64,000 nucleotides of DNA from the IMG/VR virus record IMGVR_UViG_3300009131_000001, positions 17,814 through 81,813 of that record. The stretch is one strand, 5' to 3'. Source of the DNA: a virus. Taxonomy: Duplodnaviria; Heunggongvirae; Uroviricota; Caudoviricetes. Shown piece after piece: positions 52,569 to 63,176 of this stretch (positions are counted from its first letter, which is position 1; every line of letters begins with the position of its first letter). The notes under the pieces are model-generated. The model worked only from the letters and a program-made list of their open reading frames with translations, was not told the origin of the DNA and made no database searches. The position numbers were made by a program, and so were the translations under genes.

Positions 52569-55106
52569 ATGATAAAGGAATCATCTGCAATGGGAGTTCA
52601 AAGTGTTAACTTTTTCCCAGCACAAATGCTTACTGATAAAGAAAGAACTGATGATTTCTATCAGCAGTGCATTGATGCTGGATTAAGTATAGTTAACTGG
52701 AACCTCAACTTATATAGTTCAATTGGTGTAAGAAACACCAGAAAGAATAAGATTATCAACTACAATCTTTTCAATGATATTGTTGATAGAGAGGAAATGA
52801 ATAGGGTTATTAATCCTTGGGGATTTGATGATGTTGCCAAACTTCCTAGATATAAGAATTACTCTTTACTAAATAGTAGTCTGATGTTGCTATTCGGTGA
52901 GGAAAGAAGAAGGGCATTTAATCCTATTGCTACATCTATTAATAGCGATGCGGTTAATGAGAGATTACGAACTATTAATAATGCTTTTACTCAAACTGTA
53001 ACACAATCACTTATAAATCCAAATGAATCTCCTGAAGAAACTGAAAGGAAGATGCAGGAGTTTGGTAAGTGGGCTAATTTTGAGTATAAGGATAGAAGGG
53101 CTAGAATGGCTCAACAGGTTATTAACTACTTATACAGGACTGACTATGCTGCGGAGACTTTTAGTAGAGGATTTGAGGATTTACTAATTGCTGGGGAGGA
53201 GATATATTTTGGAGATGTTATAGGTAATAAACCTGTACTTAGAAAGGGTAATCCTTTAAATACGTATAGTTTGAGAGCAGGTACATCCTATAAGATAGAA
53301 GATTCAGATATTATTGTTGAGGATGGGTATTTACCTTTGGGAGAAGTTCTTGATAGGTACTATGATGATTTATCACCTAAAGAAATAGATGCACTACAAC
53401 AAGGATTTAGAATATCTACAGGTAAAGGGCTTATTCAGGGGCAAGAGGCTAACCCAGTATTTGACCCAAGTCTAATATTTGGAGTAGAATTAAATGGTAA
53501 TATATTTAATCCCAATAACTCTGATGTATCATATTTTGCTGGAGGATTTGATGTTCAAGGTAATGTTAGGTGTACTAGAGTTCTTTGGAAGGGTATGAGA
53601 AAGGTAGGCTCACTAGAAACTACTGACCCTGAAACAGGTGAAACCATTAAGAAGTATGTAGATGAATCCTATAAGCCTAACAAAATGTTAGGTGAAAAGA
53701 TAGAGTGGATGTGGCTATCTGAATGGTTTGAAGGTACTAAGATTGGTAATAATGTGTATACCAGAATGAGACCTTGTCCAGTACAGTTTAGAAGTATGGA
53801 TAATCCATCTATCTGTAAGCCTCCTGTGGTAGGTATAGTTGTTAATGTTAATGCTAATAAGGGTAGAAGTTTGGTTGATATGACTAGGGAATATCAGTAC
53901 CTATATAATGCTCTTATGGCAAGAATGGAAATGACTATGGTTAAGGATAGGGGTAAAATGGCTAGACTAGATTTATCCTTAATTCCTGATGGTTGGGAAA
54001 TGGATAAGTGGATGTACTATGCTGAGGTATTAGGTTGGCAAGTAGTAGACCCATTTAATGAAGGGCAGAAAGGTGCAGCCACTGGTAAGTTAGCAGGAGC
54101 AATGAATCAGAATTCTTCTTCTATAGATTTGGAACAGGGGCAATACCTACAAAGAACTCTACTAATGGCAGATTTCATTGCTAGAAGAGTTGAGGATATA
54201 ACGGGTATTAACCCACAAAGAAAGGGGGCTGTAGATAATAGGGAAACTGTTGGAGGTGTTGAGAGGGCTGTAACTCAGAGTTCTATGAGTACTGAAAAGT
54301 GGTTTGTACTACACGATAATGTTAGAATTAGAGCATTAAAGATGTGGCTAGAACTTGCCAAGTTTGCTTGGAGAAATGAGCAGTTTAAGAGGCCATATAT
54401 TATGGATGACGGTAGTATGGGTATCTTGGATTTTGACTATGAAACATTTGTAGAATCTGAGTATGGTATAGATATTACTTCAAGTAGTGCTGATATGGAA
54501 ATGACTCAAGCACTTAAGCAACTTGCACAACCATTTCTACAAAATGGGGGTAATCTATCAATTGTTGCAGATTTGTATAGAACTACAGACCCACAAAGTC
54601 TACAGAGAAAGATTGAGGCTTATGAGCAACAGATTGCAGATAATACTAGACAGACTCAGGAGCAGCAGAATCAGATACAAATGCAGCAAATTGAACAGGC
54701 TAGTGCTCAAGCAGAAGCTACTGCACAAAGAGAGTATGATTTGGAAATGGCTAAACTTGACCTTGAAAGGTATAAGATTGATACTGAAGCATCTACTAAG
54801 ATTCAGGTAGCACAAATGGCTACTTATAATAAGAGGGAGGATATTGACTTAAATAAGAATGGTATTCCAGACCCAATGGAAATTGCTTCTAATGCTTTAA
54901 ATGCTAGAAAACAAGAGGCTGATGAATTTCAGAAGGAGTTAGATACTACATTAAAGTATAAGTTAGAACAGGAGAAAATGGATTTAGAGAGAGAGAAAAT
55001 GCAACATGATAAAGAGTTGCAGGATAAGAAGGATAAAGCAGCAATGGCTAGAGAGAAGTTGAAGGCTAGTACAGCACGTAAAAATAAAGTTTCAGGAGAG
55101 AAATAA
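52569..55106 (+). CDS. portal protein (probable)
   Basis: 845 aa, immediately after the terminase. The C-terminal Q-rich coiled segment is common in portals. No decisive motif. Confidence 0.5.
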   Translation: MIKESSAMGVQSVNFFPAQMLTDKERTDDFYQQCIDAGLSIVNWNLNLYSSIGVRNTRKNKIINYNLFNDIVDREEMNRVINPWGFDDVAKLPRYKNYSLLNSSLMLLFGEERRRAFNPIATSINSDAVNERLRTINNAFTQTVTQSLINPNESPEETERKMQEFGKWANFEYKDRRARMAQQVINYLYRTDYAAETFSRGFEDLLIAGEEIYFGDVIGNKPVLRKGNPLNTYSLRAGTSYKIEDSDIIVEDGYLPLGEVLDRYYDDLSPKEIDALQQGFRISTGKGLIQGQEANPVFDPSLIFGVELNGNIFNPNNSDVSYFAGGFDVQGNVRCTRVLWKGMRKVGSLETTDPETGETIKKYVDESYKPNKMLGEKIEWMWLSEWFEGTKIGNNVYTRMRPCPVQFRSMDNPSICKPPVVGIVVNVNANKGRSLVDMTREYQYLYNALMARMEMTMVKDRGKMARLDLSLIPDGWEMDKWMYYAEVLGWQVVDPFNEGQKGAATGKLAGAMNQNSSSIDLEQGQYLQRTLLMADFIARRVEDITGINPQRKGAVDNRETVGGVERAVTQSSMSTEKWFVLHDNVRIRALKMWLELAKFAWRNEQFKRPYIMDDGSMGILDFDYETFVESEYGIDITSSSADMEMTQALKQLAQPFLQNGGNLSIVADLYRTTDPQSLQRKIEAYEQQIADNTRQTQEQQNQIQMQQIEQASAQAEATAQREYDLEMAKLDLERYKIDTEASTKIQVAQMATYNKREDIDLNKNGIPDPMEIASNALNARKQEADEFQKELDTTLKYKLEQEKMDLEREKMQHDKELQDKKDKAAMAREKLKASTARKNKVSGEK

Positions 55107-55108
55107 CT

Positions 55109-55606
55109 ATGAAAAGAATATCAGAAGAATTAGAGAAGAGAATTAACATCCATATAGAACTTGAGGAAAACTCCTCAAGGCTCTATAGGGCTATGGGAGA
55201 ATGGTTTGAGTACAATGGTTGGTTTAATGCTGCAAAACTTTGGAAGAAGTATGCAGATGAAGAAATGGCACATTGCAGTAAGTTTTATCAGTATCTACAG
55301 GATAGGGATGTTTTACCTGTAACTCCAATGGTTAAAGAACAACCTAATGAGTATGAGTCTATGGAGAAGATTATAGAGGCATCTTATAAGCATGAAATTG
55401 AGGTAAGTAAGGAATTATCCAAAACTGCAACAATGGCTTTAAAGGAAGGTGATTTAACAGTATTTGGATTTATGCATTGGTTTATTCAAGAGCAAATTGA
55501 AGAAGAATCTAAGATGATGGCATTCTTGGATAGAATTGATATGCTTAAACAGACTAATACTAGTCTATTCTTTATGGAAGAGGCTTTTGAAGAAGCTTTA
55601 GGATAA
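55109..55606 (+). CDS. ftn: ferritin-like protein (bacterial non-haem ferritin Ftn type)
   Basis: Ferroxidase-centre pattern E..Y...EE.AH...Y; YKHE is identical to the E. coli FtnA segment YKHEQ; DLTVFGFMHWFIQEQIEEE matches DYPTFNFLQWYVSEQHEEE. Confidence 0.75.
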   Translation: MKRISEELEKRINIHIELEENSSRLYRAMGEWFEYNGWFNAAKLWKKYADEEMAHCSKFYQYLQDRDVLPVTPMVKEQPNEYESMEKIIEASYKHEIEVSKELSKTATMALKEGDLTVFGFMHWFIQEQIEEESKMMAFLDRIDMLKQTNTSLFFMEEAFEEALG

Positions 55607-55695
55607 TATTATGTTATACGTGAAAATTAAAACTAATAAATAAATTGTAGAAGAATTTAACTTTTAAGTTCTTTGCTCAAAGAAGAAGGAAAATT

Positions 55696-56892
55696 ATGGC
55701 AGGAATGTTTGATGTAGATTTTAATTCTGACCCACAAGGTGAGTTGGAAATGAATATTGATGAAATAGTCAATTTAAAAGGTAGTGAAGATTCATCTACT
55801 GAGGAAGAAAAAGTGGATGATAATAGTAAAGAAAAAGTAGATAATACTGATTCTGATGAATTAAATCTTTCAATAGATGAAATTATTAAATTAGATTCTA
55901 TTGAAGATGGTGAAGTAAAAGAAGATAATAATGAAGAAATAAAGCCCTCTTCTGCAACAAAAGAGACTGCTAATTCCTTCCTTCTTCTCAGTAAAGCTCT
56001 TGCAGAAGAGGGTATTTTATCTGAATTTGATGAAGAAGGTTTCGGAAAATTAGTGGAAGAAACAGGTAGTGGTGGTAAAGCACTACTACAGTTAGTAAAT
56101 GCTAGGGTAGAAGAAATGGAAAAATCCATTAAAGAAACCTACGAAGAAGACTATAAGACATACTTACAGCTAAAAGAATCTGGAGTACCACAAGATGAGG
56201 CATTTGAGTTAACTAATTTAAGCTCTCAACTAGAACAGATTGATAATGATATTCTAGAAGAATCCGAAGAAACTAGACGTGGTATTCTAGAAATGCATTT
56301 TAAGAATACTACTAAGTGGGATGATTCAAGGATATCCAAGCATATTGATAAGTTGGTAACTAATGGTGAGGACATTGATGAGGCAAAGGAGGCATTGCCA
56401 GAACTTCAAAAGCATACTAAAGAGGCTATTCAGAGTAAACAGAGTGAGTATGCTAAGTACCAAGAGGATTTAGCAAAGCAACAGGAAGAGGCTGCTAAGG
56501 ATATTAGAGATACTTTCAAAGCAGACGCAGAAATTGTTAAGGGAGTTAAGCTTACAAAGACTCAAGCCATTAAGGCTCAAGAATTACTTTTAACCCCAAT
56601 CAAGTTGGAAGATGGCAGTATAACTAATCCTTTGTGGGCTGAAAGGGCAAAGAATCCTTTAGAGTTTGATAAGAAGATTGCAGCACTATACGCTGCCGGA
56701 GCATTTGAGGGCAATATAACAACTGCAAAAGCAAGTAAAAAAGTTGCTCTGGATGAATTAGATAAAGTACTTAAAACTGGTAGTAAATCTTCATTTAAGG
56801 GAAATACTGCTGCTAATACAGAAGTTATTGATGAGCAGAAACAACTTCTAGATGATAAGTTTATGCGCTCAATAAGAAGAAATAACGAATAA
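55696..56892 (+). CDS. scaffolding protein (probable)
   Basis: 398 aa, very acidic, highly helical and low in complexity, sitting between the portal and capsid candidates. Confidence 0.5.
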   Translation: MAGMFDVDFNSDPQGELEMNIDEIVNLKGSEDSSTEEEKVDDNSKEKVDNTDSDELNLSIDEIIKLDSIEDGEVKEDNNEEIKPSSATKETANSFLLLSKALAEEGILSEFDEEGFGKLVEETGSGGKALLQLVNARVEEMEKSIKETYEEDYKTYLQLKESGVPQDEAFELTNLSSQLEQIDNDILEESEETRRGILEMHFKNTTKWDDSRISKHIDKLVTNGEDIDEAKEALPELQKHTKEAIQSKQSEYAKYQEDLAKQQEEAAKDIRDTFKADAEIVKGVKLTKTQAIKAQELLLTPIKLEDGSITNPLWAERAKNPLEFDKKIAALYAAGAFEGNITTAKASKKVALDELDKVLKTGSKSSFKGNTAANTEVIDEQKQLLDDKFMRSIRRNNE

Positions 56893-56913
56893 AACCTATT
56901 AAAATAATAAAAC

Positions 56914-58413
56914 ATGGGATTTCAAGTAAGTAAACTGCAAATTACAGAACCTAAATACTGGAGTAACTTTACCAGTATGGATCACCTGGCTGCTATGGGT
57001 AACTATCAGCCTGAATACATTAATCAAACCTTGGAATATCTGTATGATGTAAACTACGGATATAACTTTGGTAGTATGATTAATAAGCTACCTGTTCACT
57101 ATATTGATAATGGTGAAATGAACTATAGATGGGCAATGATTGGTGGAGAGGAAAGACCTATTCCACTAGTAAAAGCCTCTCTTGATGCAACTGGTACTGC
57201 CCTTAATGCAACAGACAAACCAGGTCAATATGGTGCCAGCTTCTACATGTGGTTTGCTGAACCATATTTTACTGCTACAACTACTTTACTTGGTTCTAAA
57301 CCAGAAGCATATGTAATTAGATGTAAATCTGATGCTATTCAGGTAGGTGATTTATATCGTCATGAAGTAGAATTACTTACGTCAAATCCAGCATTCTTTG
57401 TACCTGTTGCAGACCTTATTGCAGACAGCCTATGGAATGAAGGATGGGGGCAAGTAGAACAAGCCCTCTCTAAGAGGGGTAATGGTATCCATCATGGTAC
57501 TCACTTCATGTTTGAGAATACCCTTAATGTAATTCGTAAGAACTATGAAGTTCCTGGTAATGTGCTGCGTAATGGTACTCAAAATAACCCACTTGCATTT
57601 GCATTTAAAGATTTGGAAACTGGTCAAACTAGTAAGAAATGGATTGATAAGCAAGCTTGGGATTTCTATCGCCAGTTTAGAAATGATGCATATAGACTAG
57701 ACCTCTATGGTAAGTCAAATAAGCAACTTGATGGTTCTTATGGTAATAGAGGTGAATCTGGTAATGTAATTAAGTCTGGATTTGGTCTATATGAGCAAAT
57801 GAATAATAGTAATATTCTATACTACAATAAGTTTAGTATTGATGCATTACTTGACTTTGTACTTAGTGTTACTGTAGGTAAGTTCCGTGAAGACCAGCGT
57901 AAACTTGTTGTTACTTGTGGAGAATATGGAGCAGTTCAATTCCATAAGGCACTACTTGCTAAACCAGGTGCATCTAGCTTCTTCAGAAGTGATTATCCTC
58001 TTGAGAAAGCTGCTAATGGCAAGTTAGGTTGGAATGAGGGACAATTCACTACTATTAAGTGGGTTAATGGTATTGAGATTACCTTGGTAATTGATAGCCA
58101 AAAAGACAGCCCTTTCCATACTTTGAAGCATCCTGATGGAGGTAATGTTGCATCTTATATCTATGATATCTTTGACTTTGGGCAAACTAATGGTCAGGCA
58201 AATATCATGCGTGTAATGCAACGTAACTTTGAAGAAACCTTCGGTTATATTCCAGGTATGTTTGACCCATTTACTCCTGGTGGTAAGGCTGGTAATCCTA
58301 AGACTATTACCTCTTCTGTAGATGGTTACTCAGTATATGGTTGGAAGCAACGTGGTATTATGATTAAGAATCCTCTTAAGACAGGTAGGTTTATTCCTGC
58401 AATCTATAGATAG
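56914..58413 (+). CDS. major capsid protein (candidate)
   Basis: 499 aa, immediately after the scaffold, with GC-richer 'highly expressed' codon choice. A strong terminator follows it. Confidence 0.45.
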   Translation: MGFQVSKLQITEPKYWSNFTSMDHLAAMGNYQPEYINQTLEYLYDVNYGYNFGSMINKLPVHYIDNGEMNYRWAMIGGEERPIPLVKASLDATGTALNATDKPGQYGASFYMWFAEPYFTATTTLLGSKPEAYVIRCKSDAIQVGDLYRHEVELLTSNPAFFVPVADLIADSLWNEGWGQVEQALSKRGNGIHHGTHFMFENTLNVIRKNYEVPGNVLRNGTQNNPLAFAFKDLETGQTSKKWIDKQAWDFYRQFRNDAYRLDLYGKSNKQLDGSYGNRGESGNVIKSGFGLYEQMNNSNILYYNKFSIDALLDFVLSVTVGKFREDQRKLVVTCGEYGAVQFHKALLAKPGASSFFRSDYPLEKAANGKLGWNEGQFTTIKWVNGIEITLVIDSQKDSPFHTLKHPDGGNVASYIYDIFDFGQTNGQANIMRVMQRNFEETFGYIPGMFDPFTPGGKAGNPKTITSSVDGYSVYGWKQRGIMIKNPLKTGRFIPAIYR

Positions 58414-58439
58414 TAATTCTAATTGTTTGTAAAATGTTA

Positions 58440-58480
58440 AATAGGTGGTAGTTTATTCTATCACCTATTTTATTTTTAAT
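58440..58480 (+). terminator. rho-independent terminator after the capsid-candidate gene
   Basis: aataggtg/cacctatt 8-bp stem, followed by TTTATTTTTAATTT. Confidence 0.5.
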
Positions 58481-58526
58481 TTAAATAACATTACTTTAGC
58501 ATAAAATTTAACTAAATTAGTAAAAC

Positions 58527-59459
58527 ATGGAAGTGAAGGAAGGAAAAGGACTAATTGAGGAAGGTCTTGATAAAGGATACCTTAAGAGTAAAAAGGTTTA
58601 TATTAAACCTCTTATTCAGGCACAGCCTCTACTTGGTGCAAATCAAAAAGGGCATCCAGCCCAATTTATGATGGATGAATGTAGATGGGGATATACATTA
58701 GGTGTTACTAGGGCAGGACATCTAATTAATCCATTTGAATCTGAGGAAGAAAGGAAGTACTTTGAGAGTATTTATGATAGGTCTTTAAACTACCGTGATA
58801 ACGTAGATAACTTCTGGACAACTTTTATAGTTTATATTGATAAATCATCTGAGCTACTTGCTGGTAGAAAATTTCTAGATTTATCTATTCCAGAAGATAA
58901 CCTAAAGTATAGGGTACTAAAATCCTGTGAAACAGACTTTGCAATTGGTAAAGAGGATTATGATACAAATCCATTTAGGAAGTTTATTCTTGTAGATGAA
59001 GACTTCTCAATGAATGAGGATGCTGGTAAGCTTAAGGATGAAACTGATGTTTACATTGAGATTGGTAAGATTAGAACTTCTAAGACTGAAATGATTAGAT
59101 TCCTAACTCTATACTACGCAATGAAAAGAAGTGGTAAGATTGTGCCAGAGGATAATAAGAATGAGTGGTATGAATCTGAGATTATGGGTTGTTTAAAGAA
59201 GGACTTTGAGATTGTGAAAAAGATTGTTGATGATAAGGATAGGAATATCAAATCACTTATCTCAGATGGGCTTGTTAAAGGGGCAGTAGAAAGAGTTGGG
59301 GCTGCAAGTTATAGGTTGCCCGGAATGCCTGAATCATATACAATGGAGGTATTTATCTCAGTAATTAAGGATTTGAAGGAAGTTACAGACCCATTGTACC
59401 TAACCTTAGTTGCTCAGGTAGAAAGTAAAAGTGCTAAGAAAAAAGTAGTAAAAGAATAA
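58527..59459 (+). CDS. hypothetical structural protein
   Basis: 310 aa in the morphogenesis block. Confidence 0.5.
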   Translation: MEVKEGKGLIEEGLDKGYLKSKKVYIKPLIQAQPLLGANQKGHPAQFMMDECRWGYTLGVTRAGHLINPFESEEERKYFESIYDRSLNYRDNVDNFWTTFIVYIDKSSELLAGRKFLDLSIPEDNLKYRVLKSCETDFAIGKEDYDTNPFRKFILVDEDFSMNEDAGKLKDETDVYIEIGKIRTSKTEMIRFLTLYYAMKRSGKIVPEDNKNEWYESEIMGCLKKDFEIVKKIVDDKDRNIKSLISDGLVKGAVERVGAASYRLPGMPESYTMEVFISVIKDLKEVTDPLYLTLVAQVESKSAKKKVVKE

Positions 59460-59463
59460 TATA

Positions 59464-60153
59464 ATGACAGTACAACAATTCATAGATAAGTTTAGATTAC
59501 TTACAGAGGTAGTTTCAAGTTATGAAGCCCCAGGGCTACTAGATGTTGAAATCTATGATCTGCTTAATATCTCTCAAAAAGAGTTGGCTCTAGAGTTGTG
59601 TACTAATGGAAAGGCTGATAGCTTATATAGTCTAATAGTTCAGGGGGAAGTATCACTTTCCTCTGAAACTATTGGGCCTTTACCTAATAATAGCAAGGTA
59701 TATAGAGGGAATCTTCCAGATAACTTCTTTTATCCAATAAAAGGGCAAATTGCTATAAGTAGAACTGCCCTATCTAGCAGTGGATTTATACCTACATATG
59801 AGATGGGCAATACTATAGTTAGCCTTAAGGAGGTTGATGTGGATTTTGCAAATAATTTTATTGAAAATCCTTTTAATAGGAATACTATTTTACTTAATCC
59901 TTTATATTGGATTGAGAGTCAGGAAAGTCTTAACAAGGCTAGGATAAAGGTTATTGCTGATTCATATACTACTGTTGGGGCATTTACAACTATTATAAGT
60001 CAACCAAATGTAGTTTTTACCTATATTAGGACTCCATCAGATATTACTGAATCTGTTACTTCAGAACTACCAGAAATGTTACATGAAGTTATCCTTAATA
60101 AGGCTGTAGAAAAAAGGAATTTATCTCTAACATCTAATGCTAATAAAAACTAG
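59464..60153 (+). CDS. structural protein, member 1 of three tandem paralogs (~230 aa each)
   Basis: LPDNFFYPIKG and a C-terminal PEMLHEVILNKAVE, shared with the next two ORFs. Confidence 0.5.
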   Translation: MTVQQFIDKFRLLTEVVSSYEAPGLLDVEIYDLLNISQKELALELCTNGKADSLYSLIVQGEVSLSSETIGPLPNNSKVYRGNLPDNFFYPIKGQIAISRTALSSSGFIPTYEMGNTIVSLKEVDVDFANNFIENPFNRNTILLNPLYWIESQESLNKARIKVIADSYTTVGAFTTIISQPNVVFTYIRTPSDITESVTSELPEMLHEVILNKAVEKRNLSLTSNANKN

Positions 60154-60158
60154 TTAGT

Positions 60159-60863
60159 ATGACTACAACAGAAATGATGTATGAATTTCAGAGTTTGCTA
60201 GATACTTCTGTTCCTGCATATGCTGAACAGTTGAGACTAAATTCTGATAAAATAATGATGCAGCTTAATATTGGATATAGGAGATATATACTGGAGAAAT
60301 TTCTATCATCCAGAGATTCCAATACAAATGCGCTAACCATACAAGCCCATCAAGATGTTCTATCAAATTTAATTGAGGTGGCACATTTACCAGCAGTAAG
60401 TATAGGTAGTGGGGAACTTGTTGGTATTGGGTATAGTGTAGTACTTCCTGATAACTACTACTACTACATTAGGGGAGCTGTAGCAACTACTAGAGCAGAT
60501 GAAATTCAGACCAGTGATAATTCCTATAGCAACTTAATACTTACTAACTCATATCAGACATTTGAAAATGCTAAAACTACTAGGTTTAATACCCCAATAC
60601 TTAGAGAACCTATTAGCATACTGTTACAGGATAAGTTGGTTATTTTGGTAGATAAATGGACTAAGATAGGAAGTGGTAATGTATGTACTTTAACCTATCT
60701 AAAAACTCCAAAAAATCTTGGATTTGAGGATACTTCTATAGTGGCCACTGTACCAGAAATTGCTGAGGTTCTACATGAGGATATAGTTAAGTACAGCTAC
60801 CAGCTATTTATGAGTAATATTTCATTTTCTAACAGAGTAAATAATCCAACCAATGACAACTAA
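60159..60863 (+). CDS. structural protein, tandem paralog 2
   Basis: LPDNYYYYIRG; PEIAEVLHEDIVKYS. Confidence 0.5.
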   Translation: MTTTEMMYEFQSLLDTSVPAYAEQLRLNSDKIMMQLNIGYRRYILEKFLSSRDSNTNALTIQAHQDVLSNLIEVAHLPAVSIGSGELVGIGYSVVLPDNYYYYIRGAVATTRADEIQTSDNSYSNLILTNSYQTFENAKTTRFNTPILREPISILLQDKLVILVDKWTKIGSGNVCTLTYLKTPKNLGFEDTSIVATVPEIAEVLHEDIVKYSYQLFMSNISFSNRVNNPTNDN

Positions 60864-61542
60864 AGAAATGGTATATAATTGTGATGGTAGGTTAAAAACC
60901 ATCACTAAGAGTGGGGATATATTTATTCCTACAAGTGAGTGGTTACAGTACCTGAATGAGGCTCAGGAAATGGTATTTAGAGATAATTTACCATTTAATC
61001 AAGAAAATTTTACTCAGTTTGACTTAAACACTACCACCAGAAATAATCTAGCAGCACTTATAAAGGATAAACAGTACCTACCTGCGGATAGTAGGACTAC
61101 TACCACAAGTAAGTTTTCTGGAGTTAACTATATATTTGAATACCCAATAGACTTAAAGTATGTAGATGTAGGTGAGGTAAATATGGTTAAAAATGGCAGG
61201 ACTGTTTACTGTAGGGTTAAAGATGTAGAACCTAGATACTATCATCAGAATAGAAAAAATCCATTTAAAAAGCCTAATGCTGAGATAGTGTGGAGAATGG
61301 ATTATGGTTCTAATGGTAAAAGGTATAATGAAATTGTTATACCTGAAGGATTTACTTTAAATAATTTTACATTAAGGTATATAATTAACTTACCTTGCTT
61401 GGACTATGAAAGTGATTCATTGTTGGCTAGTTCTCTACATATAGATATTGTTAACAAAGCAGTTGATATATGTATGAAAGCACACCAGAATAACTTATAT
61501 TTGAAACAAGTTGCAATGCAACAAAATAATGAAAGAGAATAA
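60853..61542 (+). CDS. structural protein, tandem paralog 3 (more divergent)
   Basis: Same length and MTT start; LHIDIVNKAVD; NPFKKPN compared with NPFNRNT. Confidence 0.45.
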   Translation: MTTKEMVYNCDGRLKTITKSGDIFIPTSEWLQYLNEAQEMVFRDNLPFNQENFTQFDLNTTTRNNLAALIKDKQYLPADSRTTTTSKFSGVNYIFEYPIDLKYVDVGEVNMVKNGRTVYCRVKDVEPRYYHQNRKNPFKKPNAEIVWRMDYGSNGKRYNEIVIPEGFTLNNFTLRYIINLPCLDYESDSLLASSLHIDIVNKAVDICMKAHQNNLYLKQVAMQQNNERE

Positions 61543-61570
61543 TTTTTTGTTTAACTAAAACTAAATTAAA

Positions 61571-62797
61571 ATGATTGATGGTCAATCCGCAGTTACTGGT
61601 TTATATGCTGCAAATGCCGCTCGTGGGGCAAATACCACAGTTGCTACACTACCAAATAAGTCAGTAGCCATTGTAGATATGGCAGGTACTGTACAAACTT
61701 CTGCTATTACTGATACGAAATTGAAAGTACGTATCGCCTCTAAAGATTCTAATGGGTATGTAACATACTCTCCTGTATTTACTATGGGTACTGTTGAATC
61801 AAAGACTTATACGGACTATGTTGCCCCTACTCAACAGGTAACTATTGTTGGGTATAATCCAACTACTACTCTAGGAGCATTTGATGCTACAGTTAACACG
61901 GACTATGAGCTATCTCTAGATTTGTTGAGTACTTTTGGTATTTATAATAACACTCCTGTTATTAAACAAGTATCTTATGCTACTGGTGCTACTACTTCTC
62001 AGGAAGCAATTGTAACTGGTCTTAAGACGGCTTGGGATGCTTTGATGGCTTATGAGGCAACTCCATTTGCTATTATAGAAAGAATGTCTGATGGTACTAG
62101 AACTGCCTTTGCTGCTGGTACTGGAGATGCTACTGGTGTAAAACCTGTTAATGGTTCTACCTATGTACCATTTGTTAAGGCTGCTGATGCTGCTGCTACT
62201 ATTCAAACAGCAATTACTTCTGGATATGTTAAACTATCTGGTGTAACTTATGTTGTTACTGGCGGCACTACTAGTGGGTTTACTATTGATAAACCTTTTA
62301 CTGGAACAACTGGTACTATTGCATTTACAGATGGCACTACTGGTACTTATGCCACAATTACTAATTGGGGCCTTAAGATTACAGGACTACTTCTTCCAGT
62401 AGTTAATCCACAGGTACAAGATTACTATAGAGTAAGCTTCTTCACACGTCTACGTAAACCTAATCAAGGTATTTATGCTGATAGTGGAATTCCAATTGTA
62501 AATGTTACTGCTCCTTCTGATGGTAATGGTACTGGATATAAGCTTGCTATTAAGGAGTATAGGATGAACTTTGGTAATACTAACATCACCTTGAGTTCTT
62601 TCCCAACTACTAAGATTAAGCAAGAAATTGTACCTACTGCTACTTACGAGCAAATTGTACTTAAAGCATATGATGAAACTTATACCTCAGTAGCAACTGG
62701 AGTTCAGCCAAAATCTGTTTATGACATGATTATTGCAGTTGAGGCATCTCTAGATACTGATGTAACATCTCTTAAAACTGTTTTGGGTATATCATAA
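61571..62797 (+). CDS. major structural protein (Thr/Gly/Ala-rich; candidate major tail or capsid-associated protein)
   Basis: 408 aa. The composition and codon bias indicate high expression. Confidence 0.5.
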   Translation: MIDGQSAVTGLYAANAARGANTTVATLPNKSVAIVDMAGTVQTSAITDTKLKVRIASKDSNGYVTYSPVFTMGTVESKTYTDYVAPTQQVTIVGYNPTTTLGAFDATVNTDYELSLDLLSTFGIYNNTPVIKQVSYATGATTSQEAIVTGLKTAWDALMAYEATPFAIIERMSDGTRTAFAAGTGDATGVKPVNGSTYVPFVKAADAAATIQTAITSGYVKLSGVTYVVTGGTTSGFTIDKPFTGTTGTIAFTDGTTGTYATITNWGLKITGLLLPVVNPQVQDYYRVSFFTRLRKPNQGIYADSGIPIVNVTAPSDGNGTGYKLAIKEYRMNFGNTNITLSSFPTTKIKQEIVPTATYEQIVLKAYDETYTSVATGVQPKSVYDMIIAVEASLDTDVTSLKTVLGIS

Positions 62798-62816
62798 TTA
62801 GTAAACTTATCTTGAC

Positions 62817-63176
62817 ATGGGTTGTTCAACCACTATAGGAATTTATAAGAAAAAGAGTTCAATTAAGGCAACTTTGAAGTTTAATATTGCTATTACTTCA
62901 TTCGCTGATATATTTGTAGTATTCATAGATAAAAATGGTAACATATTAGGTAAGTATTCCAAAAATGCTGCTAGTGGGTATGATAACAACTCTGTCAAGA
63001 TAAGTGCAATTAATCCAAATTGGTTAGAAGTATACATAGATACTACAGTCACGGAAAATGCCGTGGCTGATAGTATTTATGATATTACTATAGATTATAG
63101 GTTGACAAATTCAAACTACTCTTCTGGAGTAGAAGTTAAAATATTAGAGGCACCTTCTTTGAAATTTATAGAGTAA
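62817..63176 (+). CDS. hypothetical structural protein
   Basis: 119-aa ORF. Confidence 0.4.
   Translation: MGCSTTIGIYKKKSSIKATLKFNIAITSFADIFVVFIDKNGNILGKYSKNAASGYDNNSVKISAINPNWLEVYIDTTVTENAVADSIYDITIDYRLTNSNYSSGVEVKILEAPSLKFIE

Noticed and set aside
55677-56129. 150-aa minus-strand ORF rich in Ser/Leu
   Set aside because: It lies entirely antisense to the acidic scaffold gene, and its low-complexity composition mirrors the GAA/GAT-rich coding strand. It is a shadow ORF.
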